Below are positions 11,137 through 24,449 of a DNA stretch of 64,000 nucleotides, piece after piece (position 1 is the first letter of the stretch; each line of letters opens with the position of its first letter). Location: the NCBI RefSeq assembly GCF_006345805.1, contig NC_043012.1, positions 12,586,001 through 12,650,000 on the forward strand, in the 5' to 3' direction. A program made the translations under genes and the position numbers. The stretch comes from Octopus sinensis. Lineage: Eukaryota. Below the pieces are notes generated by a model, which saw only the letters and a program-made list of their open reading frames with translations, made no database searches and was not told the origin of the DNA.

Positions 11137-12460
11137 ACAAACAAGGACAGACAAACGGATTAAGTCGATTATATCGACCCCAGTGCGTAACTGGTACTTA
11201 ATTTATCGACCCCGAAAGGATGAAAGGCAAAGTCGACCTCGGCGGAATTTGAACTCAGAACGTTGCGGCAGACGAAATACTGCTACGCATTTCGCCCGGA
11301 GTGCTAACGATTCTGCAAGCTCGCCGCCTTTGCCCCAGAGTATAATACTAATTTCAAATTTTGGCACAAAGCCAGCAATTTCGGGGGAAGTAATAAGTGG
11401 ATTACATCAACACCTCAGTGTTAAACGGGTACTTATTTTTATCGATACCGAAAGGGTGAAAGACAAAGTAGATCTCGTCGATATCCGAACTCGGACTCTA
11501 AAAACGGACGAAATGCCGCTACGAATTTTGTCCGGCGCGGTAACGATTGTGCCATCTCTCTGCCTTTACTTCAGGCGGCGAGCTGGCAGAAACGTTAGCA
11601 CGCCGGGCGAAATGCTTAGCGGTATTTCGTCTGCGTTACATTGTCAGTTCAAATTCCGCCGAGGTCGACTTTGCCTTTCATCCTTTCGGGGTCGATAAAT
11701 TAAGTACCAGTTACGCACTGGGGTCGATGGAATCGACTTAATACCTATGTCTGTCCTTGTTTGTCCCCTCTGTGTTTAGCCCCTTGTGGGTAATAAAGAA
11801 ATAGGTATTTCGTCTGCCTTTCATCCTTTCGGGGTCGATAAATTAAGTAGCAGTCACGCACTGGGTTCGATATAATCGACTTAATCCGTTTGTATGTCCT
11901 TGTTTGTCCTCTATGTGTTTAGCCCCTTGTGGGTAGTAAAGAAATAGGTATTTCGTCTGCAGTTACGTTTTGAGTTCAAATTCCGCCGAGCTCGACTTTG
12001 CCCCCTTGTGGGCAATAAAGAAATAAGAATCTCTAGCACGCCGAGTTTAGTGCTTAGTGGCATTTCCTCCGTCTTCACGTTCTGAGTTCAAATTCTGCAT
12101 GGTCGACTTTGCTCTTCGGGGTCGATAAAGAAGTAACCTAGCACCAGAGTCGATGTTATGGACTACCCGCTTCCTACAATATTTCTGACACAGTGCCAAA
12201 ATTTGAAACCAGTATCAAGTGTTAATCAATATACATTGGTATTGGTTTAACATTTTGGAACAAGTGCAATCATTTCGGACCATGGGGTAAGTCGATTATA
12301 TCAGCTGCAGTGTTCAACTGGTTCTTATTTTATCGACCCCCGACTGGATGGGGGTGAAAATTAGACCTCGGTGGAATTTGAACTCATAACGTATAGACGA
12401 ACGAAATGCTGCTAAACATTTTGCCCGACGTGCTCAGGACTCTACCAGCTTGCCGCCTTA
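11137..12460. mobile_element. Cluster of about 7 SINE-B units in mixed orientation
   Basis: Minus copies at ~11137-11335, ~11340-11570 and ~12230-12460. Plus copy at 11574-11805 with tandem partial units 11806-11950 and 11950-12027, and an older plus copy at ~12030-12230. Confidence 0.88.
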
Positions 12461-12742
12461 TATGAAACCAACACTAAGTTCTAAGCAATGTAATTTTAAA
12501 TTGTTTATAGAGCAATGTATGCCACCAAATTCAACATTTTCTTAAACACATGATGATGATATCGCACGAAGACACTTGCTAAACTATGTCTTCTGTCCAT
12601 ATTTCAATGGCTCAATAATTTTTCTTACACATATAAATTGTTTTTAAAGCAAATATCTTCCGTTAATGTTCCAGCAACTCACTGGGTTATATTTCTGAGT
12701 CGCGTATAGGAAAACGTTTCTTTATACTTGAATGAAGGATTT

Positions 12743-12815
<73 letters not shown>

Positions 12816-13159
12816 GAGAGAGACAGAGAGAGAGAGACAGAGAGAGACAGAGAGAGAGGGTGATAACGAGAGAATAATTCTGTTTAATGAAGCTATAAAA
12901 CAGATATTAATGGAATATTGGATAACACTTCTCTTTATCATGCGAATTATTGATCGGACTAAATTCCTCTAAAAAGTACGCGTATGATGATGCTACTGTA
13001 TTCACTGTTCATTGTAAGGCTGAAAAGCATGAGGACAGATACATTCCTCTTTGGTATGGCTCTCATTGACTTCTTCAACTTTCATTTGAAAAAATATTAT
13101 TTTATTATATACAATACCCCTACACTTTATGTCTGTCTTTGTATTGTCCCCCTCATCCT

Positions 13160-13234
13160 TCACCCTTGTAACAAATAAATGCAATTATTATTATTATTAC
13201 TATTATTACTATTATTATCATTATCATTATTATC

Positions 13235-13302
<68 letters not shown>
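13160..13302. repeat. (TAT)n microsatellite
   Basis: Direct repeat. Confidence 0.95.
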
Positions 13303-13303
<1 letters not shown>

Positions 13304-13489
13304 AGTCTGAGTCGACTTTGCTTTTTTTCCTTTCGGGGTCGATAAATTAAGAACCAGTTGAATACTGGAGGTCAATGTAATAGACTTATTTCCTCCCCAC
13401 CAAAAAAGCTGCCCTTGTGGCAAAATACGAAACCATTACTATTGCAGGGGGTGGGGTGGCGACCCCTGTTGTACTCTTTCGCCCCAAAT

Positions 13490-14860
13490 TTATCTCACCC
13501 TTTCTTCCTGTTTCTTGTCTCCGACTTCCTACGCAACCGCTGAGCCTGGATGCGCATTCATCCATCCGTCGATGCTCTCGGGGTCGGGGTAGACCTGCTT
13601 TCTCTTCTGCGGGTCTTACGAATAGCAAAGAACCACGTTTCGGACTTCTCCCATCTTGCGAGCTCTGGGACGAAGACCGTTCGCTCAACAGCAACAGCAA
13701 CAGCAGCAGCACTGAACACATTGCGAGAAATGTATGAAAGTAACTTTCGGATGCTAAAGTAATTTGCACTAGCTCCTGCCCTGCATCATTTCTGATCCAG
13801 CTAGAGCATTCGCTCTTCCTGTTTCTGTGGAGGGAACGTGTTCCACTCGTCAGACGGTCCATCTGGTGTTAGCAGCAGCTGATTAGCGGACTGGATATGC
13901 CGTGGTTAATGATGCACAGACATGCGCCGAGCTGCAACGTCACCAGGGTTACCTTAACAGGAAGCAGATGTGGTTACCGTTTGCGAGATAGAATGTTTCA
14001 TAGCTCGTCTCACTCCCGGAGTTATAATCCTGGATCAAGCGTAGCCTGAGAAAGGAAGGTTTGCATCTGGAATACCTGCAAGCACACACAGTCATTAGCC
14101 AGTCAAGTAAAGCGCTCGGTGTAAGTTCGTCATTGGAGTTCTATGGGTAATTGGTGGCCAGAGAGAACGATGACATTCCCGGACAATGTCTACGTATCGA
14201 TCTTTTCCGGAGGACTTTTGGATTGTGGCTGATGCATACTTTCCTGATAAGCCTGGCCTAGCACTGCTTCCTAGGTTCTCTGTCGGTTCGAGACAAGCCC
14301 TACATGCACAGAAGTTCTGTTAGATTGACTTGAACTTGTGAAGGGCAAAGAAGCTGTTCTGCATGAACTCGTTCAATATCTGGACATTCGTGACTTGCGG
14401 AGCTTTATCAAATAGCCGTTGGCACGTGTAGGCCGAGTCCATCGTGAAGATAGCCACGCCACCTTCTTTTGGCAGAGAAGGGCAAGCAATGTCCCTCTGT
14501 CTAGTGGTCGGTAAAGAGGTAGTGTGGTAGATGAGGCTGAAAAGACTGAAGACTGACACCTTCCTTCAAAGCTAAAATTTCATTAACTTTTTCAAGTTTA
14601 ATTTCAAATTCAAGGTGAGAGTAGAGAGGCAAGTGCTGTAGCCCAGTAATTTGTTGAAAAGCAGGTGAATGTGGTGAAGATGGCCCGTGTTTACTGTGAA
14701 CATGCACCTGTAGGCCGGAAGGAATGGAGAGGAGAGGGTTGTTTGCTAGATGTGCTCTTAGCTTTCAGGATGACTGGGGTCTGTAGGTTGTCCCTTACTA
14801 GGTCTTCCACTCTTTTGGGAATCTTTGTATTCGAATTCTTATTGTTAATTCTTATTCTTT
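13490..14860 (-). mobile_element. GC-rich decayed retroelement-like segment (possible LINE ORF1/gag remnant)
   Basis: Noticeably more GC-rich and CpG-containing than its flanks, with broken frames. A degenerate knuckle-like VHH*PRHIQSA lies near 13885-13920. No catalytic motif was recognised. Confidence 0.3.
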
Positions 14861-15249
14861 ATATACTCTTCACACACGCTATATATAAATTTCCACTGTC
14901 CTTCGTGTTGTATCGTCCTTTGCTGTTTTCTGCGGTTCTTCGCGCCAATAAAGAATCATTATTATCAATATTAGCAGAATTGTTAGCACACCGGGCGAAA
15001 TGTTTAGTGGTATGTCGTCTGTCTTCATGATCTGAGTTCAAATGCAATCAGGTCGACCTTACCTGTTATGCTTTCGGGGTCGATGAAATAAATACCAGCG
15101 GGATACTGGGATCGATGTAATCGGCTATCCCGCTTTCTAAAATTTATTAATATCATTGCTGGTATTACTGAACCCATATATTTACTAGTCTTGCATTTGT
15201 TTTTCGCTGGTTCATCAATTTTTTCACTACAGCGTTCGTACATAGCAAA

Positions 15250-16288
15250 AAATAATGATAATGATGACAGCGACGACGATGATGATGCTGGTGACAATGA
15301 TGATAACTATGGTCACAGTGACATGGTTGAAGATAATGATGATGATGATGATAATAATGATGGTATTATGATGATATACGATGATAAAGATGATGGTGGT
15401 GGAAACAACTGCGACGTCGACGACGGCGATGATGATGATGAGGAGGAGAAGAAGGAGGAAGGGGCGGAAGACGGTGGTGACGATTTCTAAAAGTGATGAA
15501 GATGATGGCGCTGAAGATGACGGACGATGATGATAAGAATGGCGTCGATGATAATGATGATGATGATGATGATGATGATGAGGATGATGACCATGATCAT
15601 GATGATGGTGTGATTTTTATCAGTCCTGTAGCATTGTTTCTGAAGTTCGATTAACTATAGGGTTACAATTGTATTTAAAGAGCTACTTAGATTAAACAAA
15701 AAAAAAAAAATTAATGATCATGTTGACAACGACGCGGATGCTATTGCTGCTGCTGCTGCTGATGATGATGATGATAATATCGATGGTATTTAATAATGAA
15801 GGTAATGATGATGATGATAATGATGATGATGATGATGATGATGATGATAACAGCAATGGTGATGATGACATTTACTATGATATAATAATGCTATCGATAA
15901 TGTTTCACATTCAGTTATTGTTGTTTTGGACGAGCTGCTATTAATATTGTTCTTCGTAATGTTCAATGGGGTTATTATCTCGAGTTGATTATTCGGGTAA
16001 TACTGCCAATAAGAATAACAATAACATTGCTGCAGTTAGCCTGCTGTTGTTCTGGTAATGATATTGGTAGTAATAATAATAATGATAATAATAATAATAA
16101 TAATAATAATGATGATGATGGTAATATAATAATAATAATAATAATAATGATGATGATGATGATGATGAAGGTAATATAATAATAAGAATAATGATAATAA
16201 TAATGATATAATATAAGATAATAATAATGATTAATAATAATAATAATGATAATCATAATATTAATGATAATAATTAATAATAATAATG

Positions 16289-16350
<62 letters not shown>
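15250..16350. repeat. Degenerate (GAT)n/(AAT)n trinucleotide field
   Basis: Direct repeat; source of the poly-D/N/I/L ORFs. Confidence 0.93.
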
Positions 16351-16352
<2 letters not shown>

Positions 16353-16354
16353 TA

Positions 16355-17798
16355 ACACAACCCGATTAATTTTTCCGAACATTAGAAGGAGACAATGGGG
16401 GAAAATGTTGCTTCTGATGCAAATGAATCCAATGAGTTCTGGAGTTGATTATGGGAAACAATGTGGTGCATGAAAGGGATGCAAAGTGGATAGGACTATC
16501 AAGACAAAATTCCAAGGAGGAAAGAAACATAGGGATATTGTCATAAATTTCTTGGCACTTGGAGAAATACTACCAAGAGAACAAAAAGGATGTAGGAAGA
16601 GTTCTCAGGGTACCAAGGATCACTTAGTCACCGATAAAACAATTTTACGCATTGTAAAAAACATACAAACATTTCTATCTCTTGGATTGACTGTAAGAAG
16701 GCATATAATAAGGTGCCTGATTCTTAAATCGTTGATCCTGCAGACGTTTGGTGTTGCCGACAACATCACAAATTTTCTGATGCATAGCATAGAAGAGTGG
16801 AAAACCAAATTGTACTGAAGTAATGTATTCCTTGGAGAAGTTAATATTAAAAGGGGAATCTTCCAAGGTGACTTGTTTTCTCCGTTACTTTTTGTAATTG
16901 CACTAATACCCATAACAATGACACTTAGGAAGTTAAGATGGGTTACCGATGTTGGAAGAGGGTCCGTAATTGAACCATCTTATGTTTATGGTTGACCTCA
17001 AATTGTTTGGGAAATTTGATAAACAGATAGGTTCCTTAACCAAAGTAATCTAGAAGTGTGGTAGGGACATCGGTATGGAATCTAGGATTACCAAAAGCCC
17101 AGTACTTAGTATGAAAAGAGGAAAGAAAGCAGCCTGCAGAAGATTTCGGTTACCACCAGGAGAGATCATGGGTGAACCTGATGGAAGCGGGTATAGATAT
17201 TTAGGGACTTTGGAGCTGGATGACATTCTACACAGAGAAATGAAAGTCAAGGTCACCGAGGCGTATCAAAAATGGGTTGAATGGTGTTGAAATCCAACCT
17301 GAATGTCAAAACTTTGATTACCGCAATGAATATCTGGGCAGTTGCGGTGGTCAGATAAAGTACGTCCATCCTCAAATGGACTAAGGAGGAACTATATTTT
17401 TCAGATGGATCTTGTAATCGAATGCCGTCTGTCGGATATTGTCATATTAAATAAGAGATACTGTCAGCTTATTGATGTAGCTATACCAAACGACATGAAT
17501 GTTATGAGTGAAGAAGCTAAAAAAAATCATCAAGTACTCCGTACTGAAAGTGGAAATGGCAAGACTGTATGGAATGCTTGAGGGTAATGTAAAACTGATA
17601 TCAGTGGTGATTGGAGTATCGGGCTCAATCCGATTGAAACTTCAAAACTCCTTAAGGCATCTGGAAATCCCATGATAGATTGATGTCTTGCAAAAAGCAG
17701 CCTTATTGGGCACAGCACACATCTTAAAGAAAGTATTATCTGTCTGAGGTCCTTGTTGTCACTTGAAAGAAGACTAAATACTCCGGTGTACGAAGGAG
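16355..17798 (+). mobile_element. R4/Dong-like RLE non-LTR retrotransposon, multiply deleted
   Basis: EQKGCRKSSQGTKDHL, RGIFQGDLFSPLLFVIAL, YRYLG, and the RLE motif SDIVILNKRYCQLIDVAIP. (AAT)n lies on both flanks. Confidence 0.88.
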
Positions 17799-17897
17799 TA
17801 ATAATAATGATGATAATGATAATAATAATAATAATAATAATAATGATAATAATAACAATGGTAATATAATAATAATTGTAATAATAATAATAATAAT

Positions 17898-18414
17898 CTT
17901 CTGATCTTAACTGATTGGAAGTGTTATCATGTACATTGTTTTGTCTTGGTATAAAAGATGGGCTACAGCAAATATTCTGCTCAATACCACAGATTTGCTT
18001 GTCAGTTGTTTGACTTTAACCAGTTGAGCATATCCCTTAGTGGCTGACGATGTGTGCATCTCTGATCACGAGCAGAAGTAGTGGGGGAGCATCATAGCCA
18101 TGTGTTGAGAGGGATTCTTTGGAGTTTGAATAATTCACCTCTGGAAACATGGGTGGTTCTTTCAACTCCTTAAACAACCCTTATTCAGGACCTTTTGAGC
18201 GGGATGGGCAATCAACCTGAAGAAAATTCTAACTGGGCCCCAACTGCAAGGTCATGTGCTGTTTATCTTGATATGAGATCACCATGTCGCGCACATATGG
18301 TTGTGATGCATGTGCCTGGTGTACCCTTATCAGACGGGTAGTCATGATGGGTATATTGGGCTTCGTATATTTCACCCCAGTGTCACTTTGATGGCATGAA
18401 CTGCTCTCTCACTC
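17898..18414 (+). mobile_element. Non-coding (TAA)n-tailed repeat (probable LINE 3' UTR or non-autonomous partner)
   Basis: Ends ...ctgctctctcactc followed by (AAT)n. A second copy follows at 18469-18657. Confidence 0.75.
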
Positions 18415-18468
18415 AATAATAATAATAATAATAATAATAATGGTGATAATAATAAAAACAACAATAGT

Positions 18469-18657
18469 AGCAGACAGTGGCTCTCATTGCTTCTGATCTT
18501 AACTGATTGGAAGTGTTATCATGTACATTCCTTTGTCTTGCTATAAAAGACGGGCTACAGCAATATTATTTATCAGACGGGTAGTCATGATGGGTATACT
18601 GGGTTCTGTATATTTTACCCCAGTGTCACTTTGATGGCATGCACTGCTCTCTCACTC
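18469..18657 (+). mobile_element. Internally deleted second copy of the 17898-18414 repeat
   Basis: Same 5' and 3' parts, joined at ~18568 with roughly 350 bp missing. Confidence 0.8.
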
Positions 18658-18697
<40 letters not shown>

Positions 18698-18914
18698 TAA
18701 TAATAATAATAATAATAATGATATTCATGGTGATGATAATAATAGTAATACTTAATAGTTTCGTATTAATCTTGATGGTTGATGGTATTGCTTTGCTGCT
18801 TGTACCTCTACTAGTGTTGCTGCTGCTGCCACGACTGCTGTTACTAGTGGTGACGATGATGATGAGGAGGATGATGGCGTGGATGTGGAGGAGGATGGCG
18901 GTAGAGGTGGTGGC

Positions 18915-19140
18915 GTGTTGGCAGAATTCTTAGCCCACTGGACGAAATTCTTTGTGATATTTCGTCTGCCGTTACGTTCTGAGTTCAAATTCCGCCGAGG
19001 TCGACTTTACCTTTCATCCTTTCGGGGTCGATTAAGTAAGTACCAGTTACGCACTGGGGTCGATATAATCGACTTAATCCATTTGTCTGTCCTTGTTTGT
19101 CCTCTCTGTGTTTAGCCCCCTTGTGGGCAATAAAGAAATA
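18915..19140 (+). mobile_element. SINE family B
   Basis: gttctgagttcaaattccgccgaggtcgac...cttgtgggcaataaagaaata. Confidence 0.9.
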
Positions 19141-19737
19141 GGTAGTGGTGGCGGCAAGAATTATGATAATGATGATGGTGGTACCGGTGATGGTGGTAAT
19201 GGTGAGGATGATGACTAGGATGTTGACGATGGTGGTAGTGGCGGTGGTGGTGGTGACGACGACGACGACATCGAGGACAATAATGTTAGTTACGATGCTG
19301 AGAATGATTTAGTGATACTGCTGATGATAGCATCATAAATATTATCGATTCTGGTTATTGTTGATCGTGATGATGATGTCGAAATTTATGTTGATGCTGT
19401 TATTGATGATGACTCTTACTAATATGAAGCTGCCATCACTTCTGTTGTTCGTGATGAATTTGGTTCGTGATCTTGCTATTGGTGTCGTTCTCTCTGCTCA
19501 GGTGGCGGCGGCGGCGGTATACTTGTTGGTGTTGGTGTGGTTGTTGTTATTGTTGTAGGTGGTGGTGGTGCTTGCATTATTACAGTTGACGCCTTTGGTG
19601 GTATTCGTGAAATAAGCTGAGAACGTCTGTTCCGATATTGGCCTTCAAAGCTACGTATTTATTCTCATTTTTGTTTTTGTTACACTTTCATCTTTTGTGA
19701 CGGTTAACAATGTTTGGTAATGATCACGAAGTGGGCG

Positions 19738-19769
<32 letters not shown>

Positions 19770-20420
19770 GTAGTAGTAGTAGTAGTAGTAGTAGTAGCAG
19801 CAGCAATATCAGCGATGGTAGAATTATCATTAGTGGTGGTGGTGCTAGAAGTTTTGTTGTCATGGTAGTAGTAATAGTAGTAGTAGTGTAGTAGTGTTAG
19901 TGGTAGTGATAAATAGTGGTAGAAACATCAGTAGTATTAGCGGTATTATTATTATTATTAGTAGTAGTGGTAGTAGTAGTAGGTGGGCTGCGCTGTGTAG
20001 GAAAAGAAAAACATCATAGTGTAGATGGCGGTATGACAATGACTATGCTGTCGTTACAGCAGGTGCTAGTGAAAATGATGACGATGATAATGTTAATGAT
20101 GATGCTTATGATGCTGTCATTTATCCCGAAGTCAGTAATTTTTGTTAGAAATATTGCATTTCTAAATCTCTCAGAGTGAGTTATGCAGCGGCAGCACGAT
20201 GAAGTGATGGTTTGCTGCCAACATAATGTGGCAGTCCCAGGAAAGGGAAGAATGTTACTGTTATTTAGCCCCAACAAAAACCGTTTCTAGTTGGCTACGG
20301 GACACATATGTTCTGTGACCTTAAGTTTTCAAACAGGGGAGATAAGCACCACCACCCTAAAAAGCCAGCAACCAGAGACTAGTTTCAGGGTAGTTGCCAT
20401 GGCAGTAATAATCACATATA

Positions 20421-20689
20421 ATAAATAAATAAATAAATAAATGCGCCCTTTTAAAGCCTATCCAGGCTCACAGGCCTGGTTTCCCGGTTTCTATGGCATA
20501 TGTGTTCCCCAGCTGGACGGGACGCCAGTCCATCGCAGCGTTACTTATTCTTGCCAGCTGAGTGGACTGAAGCAACGTGAAATGAAGCGTTTTGCTCAAG
20601 AACACAACGCGTCGCCCGGTCCAGGAATCGAAACCACAATCTTACGATCATGGTCCTGACAGCCTAACCGCTGAGCCACGCCCCTCCAC
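20421..20689 (-). mobile_element. tRNA-derived SINE with V-SINE-like central motif, full length
   Basis: A box TGGCTCAGCGG, B box GGTTTCGATTCC, motif GCGATGGACTGGCGTCCCGTCCAG, (TTTA)n tail, and 11-bp TSD AATCACATATA (20410-20420, 20690-20700). Confidence 0.88.
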
Positions 20690-20972
20690 AATCACATATA
20701 CGTTACTGATTTTTTGTAGTTGTTCTTGATGTTGATCATGATGATGACGTCGACGATCATGATTACAGGCGAGTTGAACCGTTAGCATGCCGGTCAAAAT
20801 ATTTAGCAGCATTTTGTCCGTCTTAACGTTCGGATTTCACATTCTGCAGGGATCGAATTTGACTTTCAATCTTTCGGGATCGATAAATTAAGTACCAGTC
20901 AAACACTGAAGTCGATGTAATAGACTAGACCCCTCCATCAAAATTTCAGGTCTTGTGATTTTAGTTGAAAGG

Positions 20973-21027
<55 letters not shown>

Positions 21028-21262
21028 TATTATTATTATTACTAAGGCAGCGAACTGGTATAATCTTAGCAAGGTAGGCGAAACGCTTAGTGGTATTTCG
21101 TCTGTCACTATGTTCTGAATTCGAATTCCGCCGAGGTCGATTTGCCTATCGTCCTTCCAGGGTCGATGAATTGAGAATAACTCAAGTACTGGGGCCGAGG
21201 TGATCGATTGTCCTCCTCCTAACAAAATCCTGGCATGGTGCCTATAGTAGAAAGGATTACTA

Positions 21263-21645
21263 TTTCATTTCATTTCATTTCATTTGGGTTTGAGTCCATG
21301 CTCAGGCCAAGTCGAAGACTCCACCCTCAGAGTCTGGTGTGGTTGCCAGGTTGTATTCTCTGCTTAATTTTGACATGTGTAGGAGCGAGTTTGAGTCAGT
21401 TTGTGCTCGTTGTGTATATCCTGGGAGATGGGGTTCATCTCTAATGGTGCTTAAGTATCTATCCAGTTGCAATTTGAATGATTCCACACTGCATCCTGAT
21501 AGATTTCTGACATGTACCGGAATGGAGTTGAACAGTTGTGCTCCTCGAACCAACAGACTTGATTCTCGCAGAGTTTTTGCTGCCTGGCCAGCCTTTTTGT
21601 TGATTGGTGGAAGCTGGCAGCGTCTTCCGTGGCGCAGTGATTATT
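21263..21645 (-). mobile_element. CR1/L2-group LINE 3' end
   Basis: VRGAQLFNSIPVHVRNLSGCSVESFKLQLDRYLSTIRDEP...SNSLL is a CR1-type ORF2 C-terminus; it ends in a (GAAAT)n tail. Confidence 0.8.
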
Positions 21646-21650
21646 ATTAA

Positions 21651-22650
21651 TAATCTGGAAGGCCTCGGAACCAGATAGAGTTCACGGCTACTGGATCAAA
21701 AGATTTGGTGAATGTCATGAATAAATAGCTGCACAACTCAATACCTTGTTAAATGCCGACCAAGCAACACCAGAGTGGCTGACAATGGATAGGAAAGTGC
21801 TGTGCTTGAAAAACATCGAAAAAGGCAATACGGTAGACAAGTACAAGCCGATATCCTGCTTGCTACTTATGTGGAAATTATTGACTGGAATAGTCGCAGA
21901 GTCAATGTACGGACATCAGGAAAAAAAAATGGAGTCCAGCCATACGAGCAGAAAGGTCACCAGCGTAGGTGCAGAGGTACCAAGGATCAACTACTGTTAG
22001 ACAAAACTGTACTTAGAGACTACCAGGGGCGGAAACTAACTTAGCCATGTCACGGATGAATTATCGTAAAGCGGACGATATGATCCCACATTCTTGGATT
22101 ATGGAATGTATGAACCTATTTGGTATTGGATCGAATGTTGAGTGATGCTTCGAAAACGTATGGCGAATTGGAGGACGGAACTAACAGCATATAGAAGAAG
22201 GTTAGGGACAATAGAAATCAGGAGGGGAATCTTACAAGGGGACAGCCTCCCCACTGATGTTTGTACTGTGCGTAATACCACTAACAATGATTCTGAGGAA
22301 AGCCAATGCTGGGTATGTAATCAAAAGCCGCCAACAAAAAGTCAACCACTTGTTATTCATGGATGGCCTCAAAGTTTAGGGTACAGGTGAATCCCAAGTC
22401 AGTTCTCTCGTTGATACAGTCTATACGTTCAGTTCTGATATCAGAATGGAAATCGGACTGAAAAAGTATGGTGTGTTAGTCTTGAATAGAAGCAAACTGA
22501 AATATATGGATGGGTTATCGATACTGTCGGAGGAGGTTATGAAGCAGATAGAAGAGAGGGGACATAAGTACGTAGAAATATTGGAAATGGATAAATTGAT
22601 GGAGAAAGAAATGACAGAAAAAATTAAGTTTGAGTACTTGCGCAGACAGT
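21651..22650 (+). mobile_element. R4/Dong-like RT fragment truncated at both ends
   Basis: [52 protein letters not shown]. Confidence 0.88.
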
Positions 22651-22670
22651 CATTATTATTATTATTATTA

Positions 22671-22705
<35 letters not shown>

Positions 22706-22707
22706 GC

Positions 22708-22765
<58 letters not shown>

Positions 22766-22791
22766 GCTATTATTATTATTATTATTATAAA

Positions 22792-22854
<63 letters not shown>

Positions 22855-22855
22855 A
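22651..22855. repeat. (TAT)n microsatellite
   Basis: Direct repeat. Confidence 0.97.
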
Positions 22856-23913
22856 CTGCGTTTCGTTACTAATTTTCTCGGTGTTTGTTTTCCCTTTATT
22901 TCCTATTTTCTAATATTACATTCTTATTTCCTCGTAAATCGGGTGAGTTTTTTACCCTTACTTGAAATATGTTTTTCTTTTAACTTTCCTTTATATTCTT
23001 CTAAATTTTGTCTTTAGTTTCCGTTTTCCTTTATTTCCCTCTTATCCCCCATCTCCTTCACGTATCACACATTTGCTAATTTCTTTCTCCAACTTTCTTC
23101 ATATGTTATGACGAGGTTAATGCTTGTGCCATCGGTTTACTTTTAATGTCGACTATCTCCGGAAAATTTCAAGTATATCTACATTATTGAGATATAAAAA
23201 GAGAATACTTTAATAGAAACGTGATAAGTAAGTGCATTAACGACAAACAATAAAACGAAGATAGCGCCGCCAGAACAAATTTGGCAAGAAATTTTGCATT
23301 TTTGGTTGTAGATACTTCTTTTGATGTAGAGAAAGATAAAAAAAAAATTGTAAAAACATTAATGCTTTTGCTTAAGAATTATAGTCACGATTCCTATTTT
23401 CACTGTCACTAGAATGAACAAAAATATTCTTACGTAGTTAGGTGACTTTCATCACCAAGTGAAGTGAAGCAACCGTCTCCGTTTATCAATCCAAGAGCTG
23501 TGTCTAGGCATAGATTTGTTTACAGTTTAAGATACAGTCTTTTACTACTAAGTTCCTACAACGAATAAAAACTTAAACATCAATGAAATCATTCGCACGG
23601 TTAGGTCTCATGGCATTTACATTTGCTTTAGATATAATCTACCTAATGTCTTCTGAGTGTAATTTGGTAGAAGGCAAGTGAATAGTAGCATGTCTATACC
23701 TACATGCTTACATATATACAATTGGTATAGGCAACACAATGCTTAGATACTAATTTTGAGAATTAAGCTTCTGAAAAACAAGGAAGGAGAAAGCTGATTA
23801 CTTTCCAGAAATTTATCATTTAAGTATGAATGAGCATATTCTTGATATGCAAGTATATGCAGAAGACATACATAAAACAAACCATAAAAATTTGCACGTA
23901 TACAAACAAACAA

Positions 23914-23944
<31 letters not shown>

Positions 23945-24449
23945 CATACATACATACATACATACACGCATGCATGCATACATAGTGACAGGAAGAAAGA
24001 GAGATAGAGATACATATCTCCATTTAGACAAAAACAAACACATAATAGATATATGCGTTTGTGTGTGTGTGTGTGTGCACGTATCTAATAACAGTTTCTC
24101 TCAGCTCTACACGACGTGGTCGCGTAGGGCCCACTCTCTTAATATCTGATGAGATTAACGCATCCAACGCACCCCGAAACTATGTCACGTGAAGCTGTAA
24201 TCAATCTGTTATTAAAAACATGTAGCTCCGACGAAATATGTCGAGTTGTATTCTCTTTAATTTGTTCACTTATTATATACATATATGTATGTATAGGTGT
24301 GTGAGTATGTGTGTGAGTGACTGACTGTGCGCGCATGAGAAAGAGAGTGAAAGCTGAGCCAAATTGTTATTAAATACATGTAATTTCGATCAAATGTGTT
24401 GAGTGCTACTTTTTTTTCACTTGTACACTAACTCGTATTACACATGCCT

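Noticed and set aside
20600-20689. tRNA genes at SINE heads (also 37905, 39431, 11574)
   Set aside because: A and B boxes are present but no full cloverleaf was seen, and each continues into a repeated SINE body.
24140-24195. CTGATGA...GAAAC-TAT-GTC hammerhead-like spacing
   Set aside because: Core words are present but stems I and II do not pair beyond one base pair.
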